Shown: in pieces, positions 38,143 through 59,655 of the stretch | Layout: every line of letters begins with the position of its first letter | How positions within the stretch are numbered: the first letter of the stretch is position 1 | Origin: Amoebidium appalachense | Lineage: Eukaryota; Protista; Ichthyosporea | Direction of reading: 5' to 3' | Assembly: GCA_963693365.1 (NCBI GenBank) | Contig: CAVNZM010000004.1 | Location: 5,458,564-5,522,563, forward strand | Length of the DNA: 64,000 nt | Notes under the pieces: model-generated | What the model was told of the DNA's origin: nothing | The model's input: only the letters and a program-made list of their open reading frames with translations | Database searches by the model: none | Program-made: the position numbers and the translations under genes

Positions 38143-40300
38143 ATTTTTTTTTATAATGACTTTATTGATATATGCTCAGCAAAATAGAAGCCATCAAGAT
38201 ACCACCGATATCTCGGAGAAGAAAATACAAAAGCCCTCACTCTCGAATACGGAGGAGATAACGACTTAAATAATCATACACCCTGGAAAACTCGTTAAAC
38301 ATACCGTGGTTCAACAGATAGTCAATAGACCGTGTAATGTCAGGATCATCTAAATAAACCAGTCTTCTAATTTCTAACGGAATAATCTGAGATAAATAAA
38401 TACATCTATCTAAGTGTTTACGAGAAAAAGGTTCTGCACAAAAGTGGCACAAACATTTATGGAAACAAAGGTTACATCGCCAAAATAAACATTTCCAAGC
38501 TATATCACAAGGAGGGGTTAGAATTGCATAATTAATCGGTAAGTGTGGTAGGTTTACGAGAGGAAGGATAAAAATAAGTAGCTAACTTACACAACGATTG
38601 TAAAGAAAATAGACGAGTCTCTAGTATAAAAAGAAGCACAGACTCATAAGCCCTACCATGATACTCTTTATCACAACGATGAAGCAAAGGGTATTGAATA
38701 TGAAACCAAGTAACATACTGCTGATAACTAGTAGAAGAGAAAAATAAGGGCCTGTTTGGCAACGCGGAGTTAGCGGCCATACTCCGGAGTAAGATCGATT
38801 TTGGAGTTAGGGCTAAAGCGGATTTTCTGAAATCCGCGATGCCAAACAGACGGCCCACTGCAATCTGGGCCTGTGTACGCCGGGTTTCAAACCCCTTGGA
38901 CATCGCTTGTACTCCAATTTCTATAATGCTTTCTATAATCCACCTCCGGAGGTGGATTATGCGCGAAATGTTCAACGCCGTGCGAAGGTCTAAACCAATG
39001 AAAATTCATGTCGTGAGACCTTTTTACATTTCTCTCTCGGCCAATTGGCGGCAGTGCAATATAGCCAAAAACAGTTAAAGTGGAAAAGACGCCAAACGGA
39101 AAGTCCGTTGTCACCGGCATGGCCAGCTTGCTGGTGAGCCTGCGACAGCCCGAGTGCAGGCTGCGACCAGCCACACACAGCCAGCCACGTGTGGTAGGTC
39201 GTATAAAAACAAGCCCCCCCTCAACTATTCTTCCTCTTCGCGGCCAACTTGTAGGCAACCTTTTTTTTACCATTAGACAATCTTTTGCACATCGGTCAAG
39301 ATTGTCTGAACCGACAGGATGCCTGTAGGGGGAAGCAAAGAATGCAATTGCTGCAATTGCGGCCGAAAGGGCCATGTTTCGTGCTAAATACATAGTGGTT
39401 TTGCAACCGGAAACGTTGATGTTGTTATATATGCGGCAAATGGTATCATTACAGTGTATACAAATACATACATACGGGACACTGCACAGTCACTACAAAA
39501 AAAATAGTACTGAGTCCTAGGTACGATATACGTGCAAAGTATGCGCACTCCGATCAACGTAAAACTTGCGCAATGTGACTTGATAAACTAAGCTGCAGCT
39601 GAAAAAAGTGTTGTCTGTTTGGCACGAGCGGTTATTATCTACGCCAGGTTTTGACCTAAATCCGGATTACAAATCAGAATCTGGATACTGATTTGATACC
39701 CGGCGTATACGGTCTACGCCGGAGTTCGTAACTCCGCATTGCCAAACAGGCCCTAAAGGAGATAAGTATATAAAAGGATTGGATATCTCGGAATGGAAGA
39801 GAGATTGGGGATAGGACATTTCGCACGAACATTAGAAAGGCCGGGAACAGGTGCTAAAGAAGGAAAGAATTGCAACAAAGGATGATAAGAAGGAAGCCTA
39901 ACCAAATGAAAACAAAAGCGAAGTCCTAATTCATTCATACGCTGGCGCGCCGGAGGGAGACCAAAAACACTCAGTAAGGGAGCCGCCAAAGGATGCCTAC
40001 GCGAGGTTCGAGAAATAAATTGGATGAATTCACGCTGAAAGGAATCGAATTCCCGAAGAGCCGAGCGCTGTTGCCATGGAGGGGCACACAAGAGTAACGG
40101 GAATTCGAAACATGGATGAAGAAAAACTTTATAAAGATTGAGCAATTTGGCAGGATGAATATTAGAGATATTTGCGAATATTTCTTGATAGATATGTAAG
40201 CGACCACGTGCACGAGAAATGCGCGAAGTCAAAAGGCGCTCAAACCAGATACCCTTAGAGGTGAAAGGACTTGAATACCTAAATAGTCATAGGAGGGCAC
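38143..40300 (-). mobile_element. 5'-truncated, degraded non-LTR (LINE) retrotransposon: RT C-terminus, Cys/His region and 3' A tail, interrupted by a Harbinger-type insertion
   Basis: DYLGI near 40280; thumb-like LNLYKVFLHPCFEFPLLL...FGLPPARQR (39753-40232); WRCNLCFHKCLCHFCAEPFSRKHLDRC near 38400-38490; AATAAA plus A9 on the minus strand near 38143-38166. Confidence 0.75.
38748..39753. mobile_element. PIF/Harbinger-type non-autonomous DNA transposon, 1006 bp
   Basis: TAA|GGGCCTGTTTGGCAACGCGGAGTTA ... TAACTCCGCATTGCCAAACAGGCCC|TAA: 25-bp TIRs with one mismatch and a TAA target duplication typical of PIF/Harbinger. Confidence 0.9.
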
Positions 40301-40420
40301 AATTGGGATAGGTTGATTGTTCAGTCGGAGTGTACTCAGTCTGTGCATTGGCCTCGATGACTGGGCCATGACATATACTAATCCGTCTCAGCAGATCAGC
40401 CTAAGTCTACGATCGAGATC

Positions 40421-40451
<31 letters not shown>

Positions 40452-41068
40452 GGGTCCACAGATCATCAAGATCAAGTCCGGGGCCTCAAGATAGCTGTAC
40501 AGCTGCGTGCATCTTGCCTCTGCCGGCGCAGGGCAGGACCACGTCAGCCGGGGCAGCCGACCAATAGAATTCTAATTAGTGTGTAGGATAGATCGTAGGA
40601 GGACTTAGGAATGTGATTGTTCGGGCAGAAGCCCTTTTGTAAGTATTGGCAAGGTTTGATAGTGTATGTTGCCAAACGTATTTATATATTTCGATGTAGA
40701 GGAAAGGGGGGGGGGAGGATAGTATGAAATGTAGATTTAGACTCTGCGGTGCCACTAGGGGGAGGGTGAGGGGTGAGACATGGATAAATATATTAGTTGA
40801 GTAGATCGACTTAGCTCGTGCAGGCGCACGATAAAGTAGATCGGAATGTTTGGAATGTGGCATCGTAGGGGGGCCAGGTGATGATGATCTTTGAGGGCAC
40901 GGCCTTGATGGCCTCAGTTGTGACTTAGCCTCATTCCGTACGGATCTAAGTTTTGCCCGTCGGAGCCTGGTCTGAATAAACTTTACCGTTTTTCCGTACA
41001 CGTTCGTTCCTTTTCGTGTATGTACACTTAGTAGAGTGCCGCGTCTCTAGTACATACACAATAGGATA

Positions 41069-41478
41069 CGACAGGCCATCTTCGAACAGGCGGCACGGGC
41101 ACTCGACACACGCGGGGTGGTGGAGCAGGAATTGAAAGTCACCGGCCTTACGAAGCATCCGAATAAGGCTCATTGGGACCCAGTGAGTGCCCTCGACCAT
41201 TTAGGCATCCACATAAATTTGGAGGAAGGGTATTTGTCTCCCACATTGGCGTCTTTGGAAAAATTATAGGGGGAAACACGTTCTTTAATGGCTAAGGCGC
41301 GCAAAGGAGGGCGGGACAGTGGGTGGAAAAGAAGCAGGTGGCTAGATGGCTAGGGTTGGTTGTTAGTTTGCGTGCGGCGGTGCCTCATGTACTCACGGTT
41401 GTCCGGCCGGTGTATGGTGCTCTACGCAGCGGGAACTGGCGTAGCTTTGTGCGGTTAACGGGTCGGCAGCTACGCATT
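41069..41478 (+). mobile_element. Degraded DIRS/Ngaro-like retrotransposon RT fragment
   Basis: Translates as ...GLTKHPNKAHWDPVSALDHLGIHINLEEGYLSPTLASLEKL* and, after a frameshift, KKQVARWLGLVVSLRAAVPHVLTVVRPVYGALRSGNWRSFVRL. This resembles the DIRS RT C-terminus as I recall it. Confidence 0.65.
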
Positions 41479-41829
41479 ATCGGTAAAACCATGGGTATAA
41501 TAGGTCGGCCTATTTAGAGATGTTTTAGAGGGGTTTTCTTCGTGCGGTGTGTTTATTTGGATTTTGTTCGTAGAGAGGCAGTGCATGCCATGGTATGTGT
41601 ACTTTTCTGATGATCGTGCCCAGGGGCACCTGGCTGAGCCGAGCCAATAAGCAAATCGAAAGCAACAACATATCTAAATGTGGCTGGGCCTCCGGCAGTG
41701 TCCACGCAATAAAAAGTGTGAAAACCCCGCATACTCAGAAGACAATAAAAACTTCACGAGTTATCCAGTAACAAGTGCATACTGTGATACCTGAACACTG
41801 TGTGAAAATCATATTATAAATACTCAATG

Positions 41830-42045
41830 TGACGACCAACAGATTCAACAAAAAGTCTAAAGTGGTCACATTGCCAGCCAGTGTAGCAGACACCTGTAGG
41901 GAAAGAGTTTGAAACGCGACATAAAAACTCACACCTATCAACATGCTTGCGATTAAAAAATATAGCACAAAAGTGGCACCAGCGGCGATGGAAACAAAAA
42001 TTACAACGCCACTGCACAACTTCCCAGGCAATATCAACACCAGAG
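41830..42045 (-). mobile_element. Diverged LINE 3' fragment (Cys/His region)
   Basis: DIAWEVVQWRCNFCFHRRWCHFCAIFFNRKHVDRC...LDFLLN aligns by eye with the 38.3-38.5 kb LINE region (WRCNLCFHKCLCHFCAEPFSRKHLDRC...IDYLLN). Confidence 0.7.
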
Positions 42046-42738
42046 CACCATACAGACTTATCTACTAGGGTGGTATCCATACGTACAGCAGGCCCCTCTT
42101 TCCTTCCCTCTCTCTCCCCTTCTCCCCTGGGCACAAATACAAATAAACCCCGCAAAAGTGTGTGTGTGACTTTGGACTGCCACTTACTTATTAAACATGT
42201 ACACAATCACAAGATAATCACGCAAAGTAACAAATGGAAAAAGATACCACACGACACTAGACCCGATGAAAGCATACACCTTGAAAAACTAAGCCTTATG
42301 TCTCGTTTTTTATATACTGACCGCCTCAACCACATTGCCAAATATGGCACTCGCAAATGTATAACACCTAAATACATACTAAGTTACCTTCCTGTAGAAC
42401 GGGTCTTTCTCTAGCTGATGGTATTATTGATCAATTACCACGATTTTACTGTACACGTGCTATACAGTGGAGATCTAATAAGTATAAGGTTGAATCATTT
42501 GCATGCCCAAACAACACACGCACACACCAGTTTAACCGGTCATGTATCGCCAACTTGTAGTTTGATAGACCACATAATACCGCAACACACACACGTCACA
42601 TTCTGACAACAGACACTCATAAAGATAGCCTACCTGTAAATTACAACATCCTTGATATTATACTAAACACGCGTAACTACGACCTGTTTATAGATGTATT
42701 GATTGGCTTGAGAAACACATCACTACAAAATTCTAGCG

Positions 42739-42887
<149 letters not shown>

Positions 42888-42918
42888 CCAGCTGATACCG
42901 AGTGTCCTAGGGGAGCCC

Positions 42919-42970
<52 letters not shown>

Positions 42971-43226
42971 CAACTAATTGATTTCTCTTTGTAGTCTTTA
43001 TGGTGTCTCGTAGAGAAAGTAAACCCTGATATATAGTCATCACCCGACATCTATGTACGTGATCATGATATACCGCTGAGGGGATATTCCGAGCAAAACC
43101 CCCCCCCATACCTGAGACTGGTTTCTCTTTGCCTCGAGTAAACAGCGTAAACCCCAGAAATATATCCTGCCAAAGCTCCCAAAAAGCGATAATGATCAGT
43201 ACGGTGTTGCCTAAGGAACATAACAC

Positions 43227-43624
43227 ATGCCGACTTGTTTCCATAAATGTTTGTGCCACTATTGTGCAGAACCTTTTTCTCGTAAACACTTAGATAGATG
43301 TATTAATTTATCTCAGATTATTCCGTTAGAAATTAGAAGACTGGCTTATTTAGATAATCCTGATATTACGTCTATTGACTATCTGTTGAACCACGGCATG
43401 TTTAACGAGTTTTCTAGATGTTTCCTTAATGTCTTCTCAGTATGCCGTGCTTACTTGCATATCTTTCCGTCGAATAAATCCAGTCAAAAGAAAAAAAAGG
43501 GTTTCTAGGGTGTATGATTATTTAAGTCGTTCAAGTATCTCCTCCGTATCCGAGAGTGAGGGCTTTTGTATTTTCTTCTATTCTATATTGGCTTCTATTT
43601 TGCTGAGCATGATTTTAAAAAAAA
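43227..43624 (+). mobile_element. Inverted near-identical copy of the LINE 3' end with an internal 91-bp insertion
   Basis: CFHKCLCHYCAEPFSRKHLDRCINLSQIIPLEIRRLAYLD matches 38237-38452(-) and ends in an A run. Confidence 0.8.
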
Positions 43625-44730
43625 GATTCAACGGGAGCCACCACCGCCGTTAGTGATCTTCAGTTTCAACACCTTGTTAGAGCTCGAAAAAGTAGAGCTA
43701 CCACATACATTAACTAATAAAAAATTTTTTAGTTAAAATTATTTTCAAGTGTGCAATTATACTAGCATATATGAAGTGTTACAACGCATTTCTTTCATTG
43801 CAAACGCTGTTCTCCTTTTGAAGATCCCCCCAAAATGGAACACCGATTTGCATCAATAAGGGTGATTATGATTATACGAATTCCAATCTACTGGGGTCCA
43901 GTATATTGTGATCCGGTGGACGGAGATGGCCGTGGATCCGGTGCCTTAACTTTCTTTCGGAGCTACCGATGCTAGCCTCTGCTTACCCATAGGCTTCTAT
44001 GTAATAGGGGTGTCAGAAGATACTACGATGGCGCTCATTGTTGCCTAGCATGTACATATGTCACTGGCTGCATTTGATTGGCTGTCCTGGAAAACGCAGT
44101 AGGCCGTCGAATGTGGCTGGGCCTCCGGGACCGGCAGTGTCCACGCAATAAAAAGTGTGTAAACGCCTACTCTGGGGTCCATCGGAATGGAAGGTGTAGT
44201 GTAAATAGGTGTGCAGCAGCGATGAGACATTACTGGGTCGACCACAATTGTTAATAATAAAAAATATGTAAAACATAATGAACTTGTGCAATAAACGCTA
44301 AATATCAATTATATAAGTTGTTTTCTTCGTTCCCACAAATTTTTTTTTTTGCATGTTTCATATCAAAATTAGCGTTTTTTGATCACGCAAAAGTAGGCAC
44401 TTTACTGTACCTACGGAAACGAAGCCCTGAGCCCCTGAGTTGAGCTTGTGCCAGACACCTGCAATAAAACGGACCAATCGACGACCTTGCACTACATTCC
44501 TCGCGCATACCAAAAGCATTCTTTCGTTTTTCCGAACTTTTTCGAACTGCTTTATTGGCTTAAAATCACTCACGTCGTGCACTACATAGGACACCGGCAG
44601 GTCCAACGCGCCTCAGTCGCACAAAAGCGGGCCACAACACAAACTCGAAACCATTTCAGTTGCCGTTGTGTGTCGTGGAAAACCTCAACAACTCCTTGTC
44701 TCAATCCACTTTCCTCTTTTTTCCTGAAAA

Positions 44731-45219
44731 ATGCTGGGTAAGGTTCGCTCCGCCGTCTTCGCGCTTTTCAGCGTCGCCCTGTTTGGTCAGGTGCAAGCAC
44801 AGGTCTCTTTATCACTCGTTGGCATCGCTCTTCGCATGGCAGGCAACAGCTTCAGCAGCAACTGCTTCCGCTGGTTCGTGGGCGGGTCTGGCCCATGCCC
44901 CCAGTGCTTCCAAGGGTTCGACGCGAACCACCCTTTCTGGACCGTTGGCGCAATCAAGTGGGGATGCATGGCCCAATGCCTCGCTAATGTCGGTCTGAAC
45001 GCATCCAGCTACGCGGGTGTTTGCCCGGTGCTTGGTTCGCAGGGGCAGTGTGTCAAGAAGGTTGTGGAGACGGCCAGAAACGCCGGTGTTTTCAACACCT
45101 CACCGCCACTGTCGGACCCTCGCTGCGACAAGAACGTGAACCTCGTCAACTCGGTGACTGCCAAGCTGTGTGAATATGCAAGACCCTATCGGGGCTGTGG
45201 AGGTTTGATCGTCTGCTGA
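44731..45219 (+). CDS. Intronless putative secreted cysteine-rich protein, 162 aa (paralog of 29452-29967)
   Basis: Classical signal peptide MLGKVRSAVFALFSVALFGQVQA, 11 Cys, clean ORF and colinear homology to the paralog. Confidence 0.9.
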   Translation: MLGKVRSAVFALFSVALFGQVQAQVSLSLVGIALRMAGNSFSSNCFRWFVGGSGPCPQCFQGFDANHPFWTVGAIKWGCMAQCLANVGLNASSYAGVCPVLGSQGQCVKKVVETARNAGVFNTSPPLSDPRCDKNVNLVNSVTAKLCEYARPYRGCGGLIVC

Positions 45220-45578
45220 GTGCATACAATGGTCTTTGCATAGCTGGCAATAATAGCACCTATTGTTCTATTAAGGCCTTAAGCTTGTGATGTTTGTTTC
45301 GCTAATGCAGATAAGGTGCTCTCCCTATGATAGTAGCCCCATCTCCGAGACAGACTCAACAACTTGAGGTAGCCTTTTCCTTTTGTTATTCCTTCTGCTT
45401 GACTTCACAGCAACCATAGTTAGGAGCAATTGGCAGGTAAATGAAGCTGTGAACGAATTAGTATTGTTGTGCTTCATCCTATTTAGTTATAAAGAAATAC
45501 AGGCATATAAATGCCGCAGAAACAAGAAGTCTCGGTGCATTCTTCTTTTTTCTGTTCGGTCCCATCGTCCCCGTCCAG

Positions 45579-45615
<37 letters not shown>

Positions 45616-46783
45616 ACACACACACACAACAACAACAAGAACAACAAAAAGGGTGCTTGATGATCCTCGTCGACTTGTTGACTCCTGTTACAGCAGTAAC
45701 TGTAGACTCACTCTCCGACCTAGTAACAGCCACTGTTGTGTGTTGTTTTGGACATAGTGTGTACCTGAAAAAACACATAAAAAAAGCATGCACGTTCGCA
45801 CATTTTAGAGACACACACACATAGACACACGCACACATGCACACACACACAGTGCCCCCCCCCCCCCCCCCCCCCCCCCCTCCCCCTCCCCCCTCTCCTC
45901 CTTCCTTCCGCCACCATGCTTAAAAACCTACTCTTAAAGATTGTGGCGCTTGCGTTGCAGCTGCCTTTCAAGGCATCACAATTCATACAGGTTACCCACT
46001 GAACTTGAAGGTCCATGTGCGACTACACCTGCGAATTCAGCGCGCAGAAAGAAATTTAGAAGTCAGGCTCTCGTGTGGGTATTGTTAGGTTGAGAACCCT
46101 CCGATGTAGTTAACAACGTTGGTACGTAGTACCAGACAGTGTGGGCACCAGGTTGTACATCTTCAGTGCATGCATGAAGGTGGCCCACAACCAGACCGAA
46201 GAGCACGCCTATTTATAGAATGCAGCGACGGTACTTGTGTATGTTAGCGTGACAACGTGACAATGCATGGGCAAGTGTACATGTGCACATAGGTTCGAGC
46301 TCGAACTTGAGAGTCTTTGCGCCAAAAACTAAGAGGGTGCGCTCCGAGCCAATCATTGGGTTTCCGTGATTTTCATGTCCCGGCCCCAGTGGACACAGTA
46401 CGTTCAAGGCTTGCAGGCGATGTATGCGCAGGCCTCACTTCGAAACTGCGTGTTTGAACCAACGCTGAACGTGTACTTCTTATTGTGTTAAGAGACCAAG
46501 TTGCTAGCTGGCCTGCATGTGGCCCACCATTTTCCAGAAATTAAATTCATGTTAATCAAATCCCGAAAATTGGGCATCCAGATATCGTCTTCTGGTAACC
46601 AAGGACTCATCTTGCTTTCAGCCAACAACTGTACAGACTACAACATTTTACGATTCGGCTTTTACACAATCGCTATAAGGCCCCTGTTCGACCGTTTGTC
46701 CAAAAACATTGTATACATTTTCCTACTTTGGTTCAAAAAAAAAAAAAAAAAAAAGTAGGAATAATCCTCAATAAAGCCCCATC

Positions 46784-57243
<10,460 letters not shown>

Positions 57244-57629
57244 CGAGTAAAATCGATGTTAAATTTAAAAAAATTTAAATTTAGATTCAAGAAGCAAAAA
57301 TCAGAAAGATTTCAGTTCTTGTTGTCGTCCTTCTGGCACTGATTGAAACATGACTAACCTGTTTACCAATGTATTATTGGTTGGTAGTATGACGTGCTAA
57401 GAACTTATCAGTATTTCTTGTTTGTTTTTTTCGTTGTTTTTTTTCTAATCCAAATATAAATGCGAGTACAGTAGTGAATGCTGCAATGGTTTTTATTTTA
57501 TTATTATTTATTTTATTTTATTTTATTTTTATTTATTTTTATTTTATTTTTTTTTTGGGGGGGGGGGGGGGGAAGGGGGGGGGGGGGGGGTTAGAGAGAG
57601 AGAGAGGTGGGGCGGGTGCTTTTTTTTGT

Positions 57630-57660
<31 letters not shown>

Positions 57661-58019
57661 GGGATTTTGGAAGAGTCAACATGAATGAAGATAACTGAGT
57701 TGAACGGACAGAAAGATTTTTTTTGGATTGGGTTATTGAAATGAAAAACCACATGTGGGCCTATAGAAATCCCATGCCACTGTAGCTTTCAGAAGTCTTT
57801 CTCTATAAGTCTCTTTGTCACTTTAACCTGTTCAGTTGTTGTATCGACATCGAGTTAGGCGGAACCGGCATCAGCAAGTTTGTGCCCTAATGTGAGCATG
57901 AAGTTGATAAGAACCAGTCAAATAAAAGCTGCACGAAAGTAAAATATACAGTTTTCTTTCGTATTATGCAAAAAAAAACATTGAACTTTATTCTAATAAC
58001 GACACTTTGTGCAACTACG

Positions 58020-58241
58020 TTGGGATATTCGGGTTGGTTGTAAGGTTTTCCGGGTCGGGCCGAAGGCCTTAACGGGCCGCAGGCCCGTCTATTGGGCCAT
58101 AGGCCCTAGGCTGCTAGGCCTGGGGCCCGGGGCGCCGGGGACCCGGGGGCCCGGCCCGGCCCGCGAGCCACCCCCCCGGCCCGGCCCGGGGTTAGCAGAA
58201 TCTCGACCCGGAAAACCTTACAACCAACCCGAATATCCCAA
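58020..58241. mobile_element. 222-bp foldback/MITE-like element with perfect 38-bp inverted repeats and a GC-rich core
   Basis: TTGGGATATTCGGGTTGGTTGTAAGGTTTTCCGGGTCG (58020-58057) and its exact reverse complement (58204-58241). No obvious target duplication. Confidence 0.75.
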
Positions 58242-58356
58242 TATTGCTTCATTCTGATTGGTTGTCACACCACGGGGTTTCCCGATTGTTCTTCGAATGA
58301 CATTTGCTATCACTATCAGACAGTTCTCCAATATCAGAACAGAAAACGGTCTCTAC

Positions 58357-58456
58357 CCAGATGGCCAGATGGCCAGGTCAAATTCAGTGTGTGGAAAAAG
58401 GTGGATAAAACGGGATAAAACTGTGAGCAAAATGATCTGGCCATCTGGCCATGTGG
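58357..58456. repeat. 24-bp imperfect inverted repeat built from 9-bp units
   Basis: CCAGATGGCCAGATGGCCAGGTCA ... TGATCTGGCCATCTGGCCATGTGG (22/24 match). The 52-nt spacer contains GGATAAAAC twice. Confidence 0.8.
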
Positions 58457-58494
58457 CCATGGAATCTCTATATCTAAAAATAGCTGCCACTGCG

Positions 58495-58770
58495 CCGGGG
58501 CGTGGTTCCGGGAGGCAGGGGAGCAGGGGAGCACTCACTGGCCCTGCGCCGGGGCCTGGTTCCGGGAGGCAGGGGAGCAGGGGAGGCAGGGGGGGGCACG
58601 TGAGCACTCACTGGGGCCTGGTTCCGGGAGGCAGGGGAGCAGGGGAGCCACTCAGTGTGTGGGTGTGCATATGGCCATGGTCACACTGGGGCCTGGTTCC
58701 GGGAGGCAGGGGAGCAGGGGAGCAGGGGAGCAGGGGGGCAGGGGGGCAGGGGAGCTGGGGGGCAGGGGAG
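58495..58770 (+). repeat. G-rich tandem repeat, 4 copies of GGGGCCTGGTTCCGGGAGGCAGGGGAGCAGGG with variable spacers
   Basis: Copies near 58497, 58551, 58612 and 58688. Confidence 0.85.
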
Positions 58771-58847
58771 ACTGGCATGCCACTCAGCGTGTGGATAGTG
58801 TATGTTGGCACCATGCGGCTGTGTGGGTGATAAAGGCAGAAGCCACA

Positions 58848-59362
58848 ACACGTGTGGTGTCTAAACAGCCTAAAGGCATGCTCCGTGTGCAGGCACCAAT
58901 TTCTACCCTCTTCTGGTTGGTGCCAAGAGGCAGCGCCCTACACGTGTGGTGTCTAAACAGCCTATAGGCATGCTCCGTGTGCAGGCACCAATTTCTACCC
59001 TCTTCTGGTTGGTGCCAAGAGGCAGCGCCCTACACGTGTGGTGTCTAAACAGCCTATAGGCATGCTCCGTGTGCAGGCACCAATTTCTACCCTCTTCTGG
59101 TTGGTGCCAAGAGGCAGCGCCCTACACGTGTGGTGTCTAAACAGCCTATAGGCATGCTCCGTGTGCAGGCACCAATTTCTACCCTCTTCTGGTTGGTGCC
59201 AAGAGGCAGCGCCCTACACGTGTGGTGTCTAAACAGCCTATAGGCATGCTCCGTGTGCAGGCACCAATTTCTACCCTCTTCTGGTTGGTGCCAAGAGGCA
59301 GCGCCCTACACGTGTGGTGTCTAAACAGCCTATAGGCATGCTCCGTGTGCAGGCACTAATTT
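58848..59362 (+). repeat. 92-bp tandem array, ~5.6 near-identical copies
   Basis: CACGTG recurs at 58849, 58941, 59033, 59125, 59217 and 59309. Confidence 0.97.
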
Positions 59363-59548
59363 GTTGTGCCTTCCTTTTTTGGTTAGATCTATACCCGGCC
59401 AATGGTTAGCAGCCACGGGTTTGTTTTCATCAAGCTTAGACGTGATACTTTGCCAACCATCAAGGCCGTTTGAGTGACAATGACCGTTGATTGGAGAGAT
59501 CTATCCCATTGAGCCTTGGCACCATTGCTGTAAGCTGCTTTGTACCGT

Positions 59549-59561
59549 GGCATATAAAAGC
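59549..59561 (+). promoter_or_regulatory. TATA-like motif GGCATATAAAAGC upstream of the 375-aa ORF
   Basis: 94 nt before the ATG, with CCAAT/ATTGG boxes further upstream. An identical 13-mer precedes the convergent gene. Confidence 0.65.
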
Positions 59562-59655
59562 AGCACACACGGTCACATTCACTCATTTCAACACTGACAC
59601 TCAATAGTAAAAGGCGACACACAACAAACTTGTTTTTCAAACACTCACACGAAAC

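Noticed and set aside
42922-42969. 48-nt poly-A as a retrocopy tail
   Set aside because: No upstream retroelement body or target duplication identified.
45916-46002. GCCACCATG followed by a 28-aa ORF
   Set aside because: Too short, with no supporting exons or homology.
58848-59362. tRNA or 5S gene array
   Set aside because: No recognisable A/B boxes or cloverleaf in the 92-bp unit.
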